Positions 48,911 to 60,230 of a DNA stretch of 64,000 nt are shown here, one piece after another. The translations under genes and the position numbers were made by a program. The DNA comes from an uncultured Acidobacteriota bacterium. Its GTDB lineage: Bacteria; Acidobacteriota; Vicinamibacteria; Vicinamibacterales; SCN-69-37. Below the pieces are notes generated by a model. The model did no database searches and had not been told where the DNA came from. It saw only the letters and a program-made list of their open reading frames with translations. The stretch's first letter is position 1; each line of letters begins with the position of its first letter. The DNA is taken from NCBI GenBank assembly GCA_963798795.1, contig CAWCUZ010000001.1:1556099-1620098 (forward strand). Direction: 5' to 3'.

Positions 48911-49294
48911 GTGACACGACGTAACAGTTCAACGCACCCGCTGACGACGCTTCAGCAGGCGATCCTCGACGTGCTGTGGACCGCCGGCCCGTCGACGGCC
49001 GACCGCGTCCGCGAAGCCCTGCAGCCACGGCATCCCCTCAAGGACTCGAGCGTGCGGACGCTGCTGCGCCGGCTCGAGGTGCGCGGGCTGGTGCGTCATC
49101 GCATCGATGGCAAGGTCTTCGTCTACGAGGCGAAGCTGCCGGCCCAGAGCGTGGCCGCCCGCGCCGTGCGGAGCCTCATCGATCGGTTCTGCGCAGGATC
49201 GACGGAACAGTTCCTCGCCGGCATGGTCGACGAGAAGGTGCTGTCACTCGACGAGCTGCAGCGGCTCGCCCGCAAGGTGAGGAGGCAGCGGTGA
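48911..49294 (+). CDS. BlaI/MecI/CopY family repressor
   Basis: ILDVLW...TADRVRE...SSVRTLLRRLE.RGLV...VFVY; LIDRFC.GS. Confidence 0.9.
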   Translation: MTRRNSSTHPLTTLQQAILDVLWTAGPSTADRVREALQPRHPLKDSSVRTLLRRLEVRGLVRHRIDGKVFVYEAKLPAQSVAARAVRSLIDRFCAGSTEQFLAGMVDEKVLSLDELQRLARKVRRQR

Positions 49295-51729
49295 CGCCCT
49301 TCCTGGACCAGACGCTCGAGATCTCGGCCCGCGCGCTGCTGGTCGCGCTGCTCGTCGGCGGCGTGCTGCGGCTGATCCGCGTCCGCGCCCCGGCCTTGCG
49401 ACATGCCGCCTGGACCACCGTCCTTGGCGCGATGCTCTTGATGCCGGTACTGCCGCGATTCGTGCCGGCCCTGCGCGTGCCGGTGCCCTTCCAGTTGCCG
49501 GCTGTCACGATTCAGACGCCGCCGCGCGCCGCACCGGCCGGAGCGGTCAGCGAATCAGGCGCCACGACCACCGCGACCGTCGTGACCGTGACGACGGCCG
49601 GTCGGGCGGCGCGAGCGACCGGTCCCGATTCGCGACCCGACGCGCCCGCGGCCGCCAGCCTGCCCGACTGGCGGACCATCGCGCTCGCGGCGTACCTCGC
49701 CGGCCTCGTCGTGATGCTGGCGTCTCTCGGCGTCGGCTGGCGGCGCTCGCGGGCGTTGCTCGGCCAATGCCGCCCGGTCGAGAGCGACCTCCCTCCGACC
49801 GGCCGGGTCATCGTCGTGGAATCGGCGCAGGTGGCCACGCCTGTCTCGATCGGATCGATCGCGCCGCGCATCGTCCTGCCGATCGTCTGGCGGTCGTGGC
49901 CGGAGGCCACGCTCCGCGCCGTCCTGGCGCACGAAAGCGCGCACGTCCGGCGTCGCGATCCGCTCGTCGGCCTCCTCGCGCGGGTCAATCGCGCGATCTT
50001 CTGGTTCCATCCGCTGGCCTGGTGGCTCGAACGCACGCTCGCCGCAGCCGCCGAACAGGCGTGTGACGACGAGGCGGTCGTTGCGGTGGGCCGGGGCCGG
50101 CCCTACGCCGAGGTCCTGCTCGACATGGCCGAGACCGTACGACGGAACGGCGGACGGCTGGCCTGGCAGGGCGTGGGCGTCAATGGTGGGGGCCGCCTCG
50201 GCGAACGGATCGAACGCGTGCTCCGGGCCGACGTCGTTCGCGCGGCCTCACGATGGCGCAAGGGGGCGGTCGCCACCGGCTGCGTCCTTGCGATTGGCGT
50301 GGCCATCGCATGCCAGCGTCAGGTCCCGCCGCTCCGTCCCGATCCGCAGATCGCTGCGCTGATCGCACAACAGGACGCCGACTCGGCGGCCTCCAAGACG
50401 GCGCGCGAGTTGACGGCCGATCGGACCGCCGTCCTGATGGACACCTGGCGGCGCCACCCGGACGACCTCGACACGCTCGAGACGCTGCTGCTGCACTACA
50501 GCCACGACTTCAGCGGCAAGCCGAATCCCGACAAGGACGCCATCGTGGCCATCCGGCGGCCGCTGATTCTGTGGCTCATCGAGCACCATCCCGAGAGCCC
50601 GCTGGCGGGATCGTGGGGCACGAGGATTTTCCCGTCGAGCCGCGATCCGCTGGCGGACCCGGCCGGCTACGCGCAGGCGAAAGCACTCTGGCTGTCGCAG
50701 GCCGAGGCGCACGCTGATGACGTGGCGGTCCTGAGAAACGCAGCGACGTTCCTCGAGGTGTACGACCGGCCGCTCGCTGAAGACCTGCTCTTGAAGGTCC
50801 GGTCGCTCGATCCGAAGGCCGGTGCCTCGTCGGCGCTCGGACGGCTCTACGCGATTACCGTGCTCGGGTCCAACGCCTCGATGCCGCTCAACGTCGTCCG
50901 GTCCTGGAGCCTGGCGGACGCGCACAGCGCCTACGCCGACACCGCGCGCCAGACGCTCGCGGACTCCGCCGACCCGCTGCTGCTCACCGCCGCGGCGAAC
51001 TACCTGCGGGGAACTCAGCAGAAGGGCCTCGACTTCGATCCCGAAGGCGCTCGCGCGAACCTGCCTGGAGCGTGCAGTCGCCTTCAATCCACAATACGCG
51101 CCGGCTCACATCCTTCTCGTGAGCCTCGACCATGCGGCTCGGGACAATCTGTTGTACGACCGGATCCGGCAGGTGGACCGGGAACAGCAGCCGGCGGTTG
51201 TCGCGTCGATTCCGGAAGCCGAGCGATTTGCCTTTCTCATCGACCTGATGAGCGACGACTACATGCGCGCCGAGGCCGCTGAAGGCACAGACGCTCAGAA
51301 AGCCGCGGACGGTCGGGCGCGGTCCAAGCAGTATGCGCTCGATGCCCTCGCGCTGGCCGGGCACCGGAAAGACGACCCGAACTACGGCACGGTCTACTAC
51401 GCGGCGAACATCACGCTGGGCACGCTGGCCCTGCGCGAAGGCGACGTGCGCGCGGCGGTCCGCTACATGCTCGAAGCGGTCAACGCGCCGGCCACCCAGG
51501 AGCTCGAGTATGGTGCCGTCGTGCTGGAGGGCCGTCTGACGAACTACCTGCTGCGGGCCGGCGAGCGCGAATCGGTGGCGACCTACTACGAGCGCGCCGC
51601 GGCGATCCTGGACGAGCCGGGCCGATCACTATCGCCAGCAGGCCGCCAAGTATCCGCCGCGGCGAGATGCCGGAGTCGTATCAGTTCCTGGTGGCCCGGA
51701 CCTGGAAGACCGACGGCGCTGGGCACTGA
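49291..51729 (+). CDS. M56 (BlaR1-like) metallopeptidase with helical TPR-like C-terminal domain (frameshifted near 51040 and 51620-51650)
   Basis: LAHESAHVRRRD, FWFHPLAW, EQACDD; GTGA overlap with BlaI. Confidence 0.85.
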
Positions 51730-51740
51730 ATCGGTCGTTC

Positions 51741-54237
51741 ATGACCGACCTGCGCTACAGCCTGCGCGTGCTCGCCAAGAGCCCCGGCTTCGCGGCCGTG
51801 GCCGCGCTCGTGCTCGCGCTCGGTATCGGCCTCAACAGCGCCATCTTCTCCATTGTCACTGCGCTGTTCTTCCGGACGCTGCCGGCGTCGCATCCGGACG
51901 AACTGGTCTACCTGTATGCGGTGACGGCCGCGCGCGGACAGGAAATCATCACGAGCCAGTACCGAATACGACTTCTTCCGCGCGCATCGCGAGGCGTTCA
52001 GCGACGTCACGACGCACTGGGGCAGATCGGTTCCGATCGCCGTGGGCGATGAGACCGAGGTGACGCACGGCGAGTTCGTCAGCGCGAACTACTTCGATGT
52101 CCTCGGCGCGGCGCCCGCCATCGGCCGCACGTTCGGGCCCGAGGCCGACGACCCGGCGAACACCGACCTCGCCGTCGTGATCAGCGACGCGCTGTGGACC
52201 CGACGCTTCGCGCGTGATCCGAACGTCATCGGCACGAGCGTGCGGGTGCGCGACAAGGTTGCGCGGATCAGTGGGGTGATGCGGCCCGGCTTCGCCGGCC
52301 TGAGCGATCCCTGGCATCCCAGCGAGTTCTGGATGACATCAGTGGCGCTGAATGGACCGGACGCGCGGAGGTTCTCGGCCGGTCTGATCGGCCGCCTTCG
52401 TCCGGGCGTGTCGCTCCAGCGGGCCCGGACGGTCGTCACGGTTCAGACGAGCCAATGGGCCGATTTCATGGCCGGCATTTTCGGCCGGCGGCCCGCGCTC
52501 GATCCCGAGCGGCCCAGGTTCGTGCTCTATCGCGCCGCCGACGTCCTGATGCCGTTCTTTCCTCAGACCGAGGTGATTCCGGCCCGGCTGGCCGCGGCGG
52601 TCATCGTCGTCGTCGTGATGGTGCTGCTCATCGCCACGACCAACATCGCGGGGCTGGTGATGGCGCGCGGGGTCGCGCGCACCGGTGAACTGGCCGTGCG
52701 CCAGGCGCTCGGTGCCCGAGCCGGGCGGATCGTCCGGCAACTGCTGTCGGAGACGCTGCTGCTCTCGCTGGCCGGCGGCGCGCTCGGCCTCGTGCTCGCG
52801 AGTCTCCTGCTCGCCATCTACCGCGCCGTGACGCCGAGTCGATTCGTGCTCGGCGCGTCGCTCGACTGGCGCGTCGTGCTGGTAACGGGGGCCGTCTCCG
52901 TGGGCACGGCGCTCGTCATGGGCCTGGCGCCGGCGCTCCAGGCGATTCGCGTCGACGTGGTCAGCGCGCTTGGCGGCCTGGCAAGCGGATCGGGCCGTGT
53001 CCGTGCGCGTCTGCGGCACTGGATCGTCATCCCCCAGGTCGGCCTCTCGCTCGTCCTGCTGCTCGTTGCGGGCGTGCACGTGCGCGCGCTGATGACCATC
53101 GAAAGCGGCGGTTTCGGCTACGACACAGGCGACACGATCGTGATGAATGTCGGGTCGTGGGAACCGGCTGAGCCGCGTCTTCCGCCCGGCAGCGCCGCCG
53201 ATGCCTTGCGCCAGCAAGCCGAGCGCCAAGCCGAGCGGGCTCGCACGTTCTACCGCGAGATCTTCGACCGGGTGAAGGACATCCCGGGCGCGGCCCTGGC
53301 CGACAGCCTGCCGGTGCGTTCGGAGCCGTCGTTCGAGGCAGTCGTCACCGAGGAGGCGTATCTCGCCGGCGGTCAGTCCGGCACGCCCGTGCTGCGCAAG
53401 ACGGTCTCACCAGGCTACTTCCGTGCTACCGGCATGTCGCTGCTGGCCGGCCGCGACTTCGACGATCGCGACACCCGCCTCACGCCGCACGCCGCCGTCA
53501 TCAGCGAGAGCCTGGCGCGTGCGCTGTGGCCCACCGGCGGCGCCATCGGCCGGCGCTTCGCTTTCTACGATCCGAAGAAGCCGAATCAGAGGATTGACTG
53601 GCTCCACATGGCGGGCATCGTCAACGACGTCGATCCCATCCTGCGCGACGCGCACGACGCGGCCGTCGTGTACCTGTCACTGGGACAGGAGTACCGGCCG
53701 TCCTGGTACTACGCGGTGCTTCGCGGCACGACGCCGGCGACCGGCGTGCCTCGCCTCAAGCAGGCGGTGCTCGGTGCCGACCCGTACGCGCAGGCGTACA
53801 GCGCCCGGACGATGCGGCAGGTCGTGGCGGAGATTCTCTATCCGCGTCGTCTGGCCGCCGGCCTGCTCGCGGCGTCGGGTCTGGTGGGACTCCTGCTCGC
53901 GAGCATCGGGCTGTACGGCGTCGTGTCGTACTCCGTCGCGCAGCGGCTGCGCGAGATCGGCATCCGCGCCACGCTCGGCGCGCAGCGGCGCGATCTGATG
54001 CTGCTCGTGATCCGCGAAGGCGGCACAGTCGCGCTGTTCGGATCGCTCGCCGGCTTCGCGCTGGCCTTCACGGCGCTGCGCCTCACGGCGAACCTGGTCG
54101 GCCCGCTTCCGCGGACCGACCTCGTGGCCTTCACGGTCGCGCCGATCGCGCTCGGCGCGGTGATTCTCGCCGCCTGCTACGTCCCGGCGCGCCGCGCCGC
54201 CGGCGTCGATCCCATGGATGTGCTCCGCGGGCTGTGA
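51741..54237 (+). CDS. Duplicated ABC permease (ADOP type; frameshift near 51960)
   Basis: [52 protein letters not shown]. Confidence 0.88.
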
Positions 54238-54271
54238 AGGTCCGAAGGTTCGCCCTGGGATCCTGAGACCC

Positions 54272-55036
54272 TCAAGAGTCCCAGACGCCTGTGACGGCCT
54301 CGATGCGTGCGTCCGTCCCGAAGGTGAAGACGTTGGTGCCGCGGCCGCGCGGCTGGCCGTCAGCGCCAGCGGCGGTCCAGTCGGCGAGCACGGTGCCCTG
54401 GCAATGGCGCACGGCGCCCTGCCGGGTGAGGCGGATGCCGGGCATGAACCGCTGCGCTGCCGCAATGTGCGGCTCGAGGTCGGCGATGCCGTCGAGGACG
54501 CTCCAGCGGTCGCGGAAGCGCACCTCGGGCGACGCGATTCGCGTCAGCGTGCGGCCGCGGCTGGCGGCATCGGGATCGGCCCAGACGTCGAACCAGGCGT
54601 CCACCGCCGCCTCGGCGCCTGCGTGGAGCTCGTTGGCCACCACGTTGGCGAAGAGCGAGAGCTGATAGCGCCAGCCCTGCACGTGCTCGTCGCGGACGCC
54701 GGGCTCGGCGAATTCGTGCGCGAGGTGCAGCCGCGTGCCGCCGGTGGCGCGTTCGAGGCGGATCGTCACCCGCGAGCTGTCGGGCGGAATCGGCGTGCCG
54801 CTCTCGAAGCCCGTGGTGAAGACGATCCGATCGGGCGGCTCGATCTCGAGCACTCGCCCGGATGCCTCGGCTCCGTTCGGATACCGGATGAACGCGCGCC
54901 CGCCTGGCCGCGGATCGATGGTCGAGCCAGCGCCCCACCACGCTGCCCACCGGCTGCTGTCGGTGAAGTACCGGAACACGAGATCCTGCGGCGCCTGAAT
55001 GAGGATGATGCGGTCCAGTCGATGCGGCAGCGTCAT
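54272..55036 (-). CDS. SRPBCC (AHSA1/START-like) domain protein with SnoaL-like C-terminus
   Basis: [36 protein letters not shown]. Confidence 0.82.
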   Translation of the reverse strand: MTLPHRLDRIILIQAPQDLVFRYFTDSSRWAAWWGAGSTIDPRPGGRAFIRYPNGAEASGRVLEIEPPDRIVFTTGFESGTPIPPDSSRVTIRLERATGGTRLHLAHEFAEPGVRDEHVQGWRYQLSLFANVVANELHAGAEAAVDAWFDVWADPDAASRGRTLTRIASPEVRFRDRWSVLDGIADLEPHIAAAQRFMPGIRLTRQGAVRHCQGTVLADWTAAGADGQPRGRGTNVFTFGTDARIEAVTGVWDS

Positions 55037-55068
55037 GGCCGTCCTTTCTGCGGTTCAGGTACCCGGCC

Positions 55069-55524
55069 TCAGGCCTCAGGCACTAGTCTTCTGTCTTCTG
55101 CCTTCTGCCTTCTGCCTTCTGCCTCTCCTTCTGCCTTCTGCCTTCTGCCTTCTGCCTTCTGCCTTCTGCCTTCTGCCTTCTGCCTTCTGCCTTCTGCCTT
55201 CTGCCTTCTCCTCGGTCCCCGCCGGCCGGCCTCGAGCTCGGCAGCCAGTTTCAGGCGCCAGAGGGCGTCGTCCCACATCTGTTCGAGCACACGTCCGACC
55301 GGCCCGAGCGCCTTGCGCCGAGCCCGGTAGAAGCGCTGGCGGCCGGCCGCCCGCGCCTCCACGAGGCCCGCCTCGGCCAGGGTCCGCAACTGGAGTGACA
55401 CGGCGCCGAAGGTCACGTCCGGCATGGCCCGGCGAATCTCGCCCGCGCTCTGTTCTTCGCGCCACACCAGGCGCAGGATCTCGCGGCGGCGCGGTGAGGC
55501 GAGCAGGTCGAGGGCCGAGGGCAT
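55069..55524 (-). CDS. ArsR/SmtB family regulator with repeat-encoded tail
   Basis: [31 protein letters not shown]. Confidence 0.85.
   Translation of the reverse strand: MPSALDLLASPRRREILRLVWREEQSAGEIRRAMPDVTFGAVSLQLRTLAEAGLVEARAAGRQRFYRARRKALGPVGRVLEQMWDDALWRLKLAAELEAGRRGPRRRQKAEGRRQKAEGRRQKAEGRRQKAEGEAEGRRQKAEDRRLVPEA
55088..55208. repeat. Heptamer tandem repeat (TTCTGCC)n, about 16 copies
   Basis: Lies inside the ArsR 3' end and encodes RRQKAEG repeats. Confidence 0.92.
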
Positions 55525-55530
55525 CCTGAT

Positions 55531-55559
55531 ACTTTAGATTAAACTAAAATATACGTCAA
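55531..55559 (-). promoter_or_regulatory. Sigma70-type promoter with overlapping inverted repeat (probably leaderless arsR)
   Basis: Minus strand TTGACG-N17-TAAAGT, ATG 6 nt later; TTTAG-N6-CTAAA palindrome at 55533-55548. Confidence 0.7.
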
Positions 55560-56768
55560 CTATCGACCCTCCAGCTCCGTCACGCCGAGCTCGGAGCGCC
55601 CGTACTGCTCGATCCAGCCGCCGAAGGCGTCGCGATCCGCGCCACCCGGGTCGGGGAATGCGCGCTGGAGATCGGGACGCCGCCGATGTACCTCGAACCA
55701 GAAGCGGGCGATGCCGCGGGAATCGCCGGCGTCCCGACGCGAGGTGATCCACGCGAACCACGATCCGGCGCCCGCGGTGGCGAACGGATCGCCGAACTCG
55801 GCGCCGGCGTCGATCAGCTCGCCGTACAGCGCGCGCACGACGGCGGGAATCAGCCGGCCGTTGTCGAATCGTTCTCCCGGTCCGGGGCCTTCGGCGATCG
55901 GGCCGATGGATCGGGCGGCGCGCACGCGGTCGGCGTACACATCGAAGAGCGCCGCGGCCTCGCCGATCGCGTCCCGCCCGAGATCCGAGTGCCGGCTGAT
56001 CCGCCCCGGTGCGTCCACGTCGAATCCGCTGAAGTGGACGCTGCGGAGCGGACCGCCGCCGGCCCGCCATCGCCCGTTCACCAGCCGGACGTCCCGCTCC
56101 GGAAGGTTCCAGTACGCCACGTTGACGCCCGCATCCCGCAGGACCTCGACGTCGGCGAAGCCGCCGGGCACGAGGTTCAGCCAGGCCTGGTCCTCGTGCA
56201 GTCCCGCCGCCAGATCCAGCCGGCAGTGCGTGCGCACCCGGTCCTGCCACCATCGCAGCATCGCGCGGGCGGAGGCGGAGTTGCTCACCGCGACGCAGCC
56301 GGCGTTGAACGCGCCGGCGCGCACGACCCGCAGTTCCCGCGCCGCCCCGCCGGCCTTCTCCGGCACGAGACGATGGGGCGTGAGCGTGATGGCGGCGGGC
56401 CCTGGCGGCTCGAGCAGGGGTGTCAGATCGTCGAGCACGAGCGTGTCCGCGTCCAGAAAGACGGCGCGATCGAAGCCGCGGTCGAGCATCCACTCGAGCA
56501 GGAAGGGCTTGAGGGCGATGACGAATCGGTCGAGCGAGTACCGAAAGCGCAGCCGCGGCAGGTCGGGAATCCCGAGCTCGGTCGCATCGGCCGTGCGGAA
56601 CGGCTCCGCGGGCGCGGGCGCGCCAGCCGGCTGATCGGGCAGCACGACGACATACGGCATGCCGGCGTGCCGGTCGGCCAGCGACCCGCCGAGCACGCGG
56701 GCATGCGGCAGGAACCTCCGGCTCGCGATGGTTGCGACCGCCACCCCTCCGGACGGGGCCCGGTTCAT
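55560..56768 (-). CDS. GT-A-fold glycosyltransferase-like protein
   Basis: ALKPF, VFLDAD, LTPH, GAFNAG, DQAWL, NVAYWNL, HFSG. Confidence 0.75.
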   Translation of the reverse strand: MNRAPSGGVAVATIASRRFLPHARVLGGSLADRHAGMPYVVVLPDQPAGAPAPAEPFRTADATELGIPDLPRLRFRYSLDRFVIALKPFLLEWMLDRGFDRAVFLDADTLVLDDLTPLLEPPGPAAITLTPHRLVPEKAGGAARELRVVRAGAFNAGCVAVSNSASARAMLRWWQDRVRTHCRLDLAAGLHEDQAWLNLVPGGFADVEVLRDAGVNVAYWNLPERDVRLVNGRWRAGGGPLRSVHFSGFDVDAPGRISRHSDLGRDAIGEAAALFDVYADRVRAARSIGPIAEGPGPGERFDNGRLIPAVVRALYGELIDAGAEFGDPFATAGAGSWFAWITSRRDAGDSRGIARFWFEVHRRRPDLQRAFPDPGGADRDAFGGWIEQYGRSELGVTELEGR

Positions 56769-58012
56769 CGCACGGGCACGCGCGGGAGGAAGGCCTGGCT
56801 CACATCGAGTTCACGCGCACCGTGCTGCGCGATCCAGGCGAGGAACGCCCCTTCGTCGGCCCCGGGCACGGCCGGAAACGCCACCTGCAGGTCCGCACGC
56901 CCACGATGGACATGCTCCCACAGCCGGGTCAGGCCGCTGTCGCCGCCGGGGGCACTGTGGCCGGTCCCTGCGGACGCCGGAGCATTCAGCCAGGCGAAGA
57001 AGGCGCCGGCGTCGCCGGCTCGAAGCGGATCGTAGAACGCCCGCGCGGCGTCGCCGAGTTCGGCATAGATCGTCCTGGCGATCGCCGGCACCGGCACGCC
57101 ATTGTCGAACGTGTCGTACGTGTACGGCCAGTCCTTCGTCCGATGATAGCCGGCCGCCTCGAGCTCGTCGCGCACGCGTTCGAACAGCGCCCACGCCGCT
57201 CCGAGATTCGACGGCGTGAGCCGATTGAGGTACCGGGTGGGCCGCTCCGGCCGATCCGGGTCGAACCCGCTGAAGCGGAACAGCCGGCAGCGGTCGCCGT
57301 CCACCGTCACCGTGCCGTCCGGCGCGACGGCGACGCCGCGCTCCGGCAGATTCCAGTGCCCGACGTTGTAGGCCGGGTCGCGCAGGAGGTGGACGCCGTC
57401 GAAGAAGCCAGGCGCCAGGTCGAGCCAGCGCTGCTCGAAGTGGAGCCCCTCGCCCACCGCGTGCACGCAGTGCGTCGACAGGCGATCCTGCCACCAGTCC
57501 AGGAACCGCCGCGCCTCGGGCCGGTCGGCGACGCCCAGCAGCCCGACGTTGTACGCACCGGCTCGCACGACCTCCAGCTCGCGAGTGATCCGGTCCGGAC
57601 CGTGGAGCGGCGCCAGCAGGTGCGGCGTCAGGACCAGCGCGTGGTGGTCCAGCAGATTCAGAACCGTGCGGTGGCTGCCGAACACCCGGCTCTCCTGTTT
57701 GAAGAACAGCACCTTGCCGAATCCGGCCTCGATCAGATGACGCACGACGATCGGCGTGCACGCGTAGCTGAGCGGCTGCTGCTGGTACCGGAACCGCAGC
57801 GCTTCGATCCCCGGGACCCTCAGGTCGGCCAGCGTGAGCAGATGAAACGGTTCGGCCGCCGGCTCGAACCACCCGTCGATCTCGTCAGCCAGCAGCACCA
57901 CGAAGGGAATGCCCGGGTGGTGCTCGCGGAACGAACGGGCCAGCACGCGCGCGTGTGCGAGCGTGCGTTTCGACGACACGGTGGCGGCCGCGATTCGGGG
58001 CACAGCGCTCAT
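56765..58012 (-). CDS. Glycosyltransferase-like protein, paralog of 55560-56768
   Basis: ARVLARSF..HHP, LTPH, GAYNVG, EQRWLD, YNVGHWNL, FRFSG. Confidence 0.75.
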   Translation of the reverse strand: MSAVPRIAAATVSSKRTLAHARVLARSFREHHPGIPFVVLLADEIDGWFEPAAEPFHLLTLADLRVPGIEALRFRYQQQPLSYACTPIVVRHLIEAGFGKVLFFKQESRVFGSHRTVLNLLDHHALVLTPHLLAPLHGPDRITRELEVVRAGAYNVGLLGVADRPEARRFLDWWQDRLSTHCVHAVGEGLHFEQRWLDLAPGFFDGVHLLRDPAYNVGHWNLPERGVAVAPDGTVTVDGDRCRLFRFSGFDPDRPERPTRYLNRLTPSNLGAAWALFERVRDELEAAGYHRTKDWPYTYDTFDNGVPVPAIARTIYAELGDAARAFYDPLRAGDAGAFFAWLNAPASAGTGHSAPGGDSGLTRLWEHVHRGRADLQVAFPAVPGADEGAFLAWIAQHGARELDVSQAFLPRVPVR

Positions 58013-58120
58013 CCTACTATTCCGTTCGTCGACCAATTTTTCCGGTCGGCGATTCGTCCGGTCGAATGACAGATCTGCAATCACCGCCTGGATGCGCCCG
58101 GCCCGATATTGCCGCCGCCC

Positions 58121-59296
58121 ATGACCGCCCACCGGCCGCCGGACGTCGAATCGGAGCTCGCGTTTCACCTCGAGATGCTCACGCGCCGGTACGTCGCCGA
58201 GGGACTCGAACCGGCGGCGGCCCGTGCGAGAGCGCTCGCGCGAATCGGCGACGTCCCTGACGTGCGCCGCACCTGCCGGCGTATCACCGATCGATCGGAG
58301 AGCCACATGTCATCGCGCCACTGGATCAACGGAATGGGACACGACGCCCGTCACTCACTGCGCCTCTGGCGCCGCGCGCCGCTGTTCGGCCTGGCCGTGG
58401 TCCTCACGATGGCCATCGGCATCGGCGCGACCACCGCCATCTTCAGCGTCGTGCACGCCGTGCTGCTTCGGAGCCTCCCGTACCGGACTCGGGCCGGCTG
58501 GTGATGATGTGGAACCCCTATCCGACCCTGCCGGTGGCCGCCATCGCACCGGCTGAATTTGCCGACATCCGCGAGACTCAGCGGACGTTCGCCGGCGTCG
58601 CCGCGGTGCGCGCGCAGGATTCGACGCTCGTCGCCGGCTGCGGGGGCTGCGAACCGGAACGGCTGGTGGCTTACGCGGTTTCGCCGGACATGGTCGACAT
58701 CCTCGGCGTCGCCCCCGCGATCGGACGGTCGTTCCTCGCGGAGGACGGCGCCGCCGACGCCGATCTGGTGGTTGTGCTGAGCCATCAGTTGTGGCGGCGC
58801 CGGCTCGGGTCCGACCCGGCGGTCATCGGCCGCACGATTGATCTCGGCGGGCGGAGCCGCACGGTCGTGGGCGTGCTCCCGCCGGACGCGCGCCGCACGC
58901 CGAATACGCTGTGGCGCTGCCAGGCTCCTTCAGCGTCCTCGGCATTCCCCTCGTGGCCGGGCGTGATTTCTCGCCGCAGGACACGCGCGATCGGCCGCAG
59001 GTCGTCGTCATCGACCAGGCGCTCGCCCGCCAGTACTTCGCAGGACAGGATCCGATCGGCCGGCACGTGCCCGTGTTCGGCGACGACCCGGCGACCGTGG
59101 TCGGCGTGGTGGGCCACGTGCGACGGGCGCGCTCCTCACGCCTGCCATCGACGGCCTGCTCTTCGGTGTCGCGCCCGTGGACCCGGCGAGCTACGCGGCC
59201 GCCGCCGCCGTGCTCCTGCTGGCGTCGCTGCTCGCCTGTGTCGTGCCGGTCCGGCGCGCCATGCGCGTGGATCCACTCGACGTGCTGCGCGCCTGA
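58121..59296 (+). pseudogene. Internally deleted ADOP permease
   Basis: Prefix domain SELAFHLEM, AIGIGATTAIFS, first periplasmic part, then jumps to GIPLVAGRDF and to GLLFGVAPVDP...RVDPLDVLRA*; 1.2 kb against about 2.5 kb for intact copies. Confidence 0.8.
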
Positions 59297-59338
59297 GCGC
59301 CCGTTGCCTTGCGCACGGCGGACGCGAGGCGTACATTC

Positions 59339-60220
59339 GTGGACGTGCGGATCGTCTCCGTGGTTCTGACGGCTGCTCTCGCGTCTCTCGCACTGGCCGC
59401 GCGCGCCGTCCCGGCGCTCAGCGTGGCGATTGCCGCCCGGTCGATCCAGCCCGGTGAACTCACCCTCCTGACCCTCACCACGGGCCGCCCTGCGAGTGCT
59501 GTGCGCGTGCGGGCCTTCGATCGGGAGGTGCCCGCGGTCCGGACGAGCGCGAGCGCGTGGCAGGCGATCGTCGGCATCGATCTCGACGTCAAGCCGGGAC
59601 GCTACGTCGTGTCGTTCGAAACGAGTGGGGGCGGAGCGCCGGAGTCCACCACGTACGATCTGATCGTCCGGGCGAAGTCGTTTCCCACGCGGGTCCTGAC
59701 GGTGGACCCGGCGTTCGTCAATCCGCCCGCCGACGTCATGCCGCGCGTCCTGCAGGACGCCGCGGACCTCGCCGCGTGCTGGGCGCATTCAGCGCCGGAG
59801 CGGCTCTGGACCGAACCCTTCGTCCGGCCCGTCCCGCAACCGGCGAACAGCGCGTTCGGCACGCGCAGCGTCTTCAACGGCCAGCCGAAAAGCCCGCACG
59901 GCGGCGCGGATTTCCTGAGCCCGGCCGGCACGCCGATCGCGGCCCCGAACGCCGGCCGCGTCGTGATCGCGCGCGATCTCTACTACACCGGCAACACGGT
60001 GGTGATCGACCACGGCCTGGGGTTGTTCTCACTGCTCGCGCACATGTCGGCCATCGAGGTGCACGACGGCGACCGCGTCGCCGCCGGCGACATCGTCGGT
60101 CGCGTCGGCGCGACCGGACGCGTTACCGGGCCGCATCTGCACTGGACGGTCCGCGTCGATGGCGCGCGCGTGGACCCGCTGTCACTGCTCGCCGTACTGG
60201 GAGCAGATACGAGCCGCTAG
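59339..60220 (+). CDS. M23 family metallopeptidase
   Basis: HGGADF, GNTVVIDHG, GATGRVTGPHLHW; signal peptide. Confidence 0.9.
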   Translation: MDVRIVSVVLTAALASLALAARAVPALSVAIAARSIQPGELTLLTLTTGRPASAVRVRAFDREVPAVRTSASAWQAIVGIDLDVKPGRYVVSFETSGGGAPESTTYDLIVRAKSFPTRVLTVDPAFVNPPADVMPRVLQDAADLAACWAHSAPERLWTEPFVRPVPQPANSAFGTRSVFNGQPKSPHGGADFLSPAGTPIAAPNAGRVVIARDLYYTGNTVVIDHGLGLFSLLAHMSAIEVHDGDRVAAGDIVGRVGATGRVTGPHLHWTVRVDGARVDPLSLLAVLGADTSR

Positions 60221-60230
60221 GCCTCGGGCC

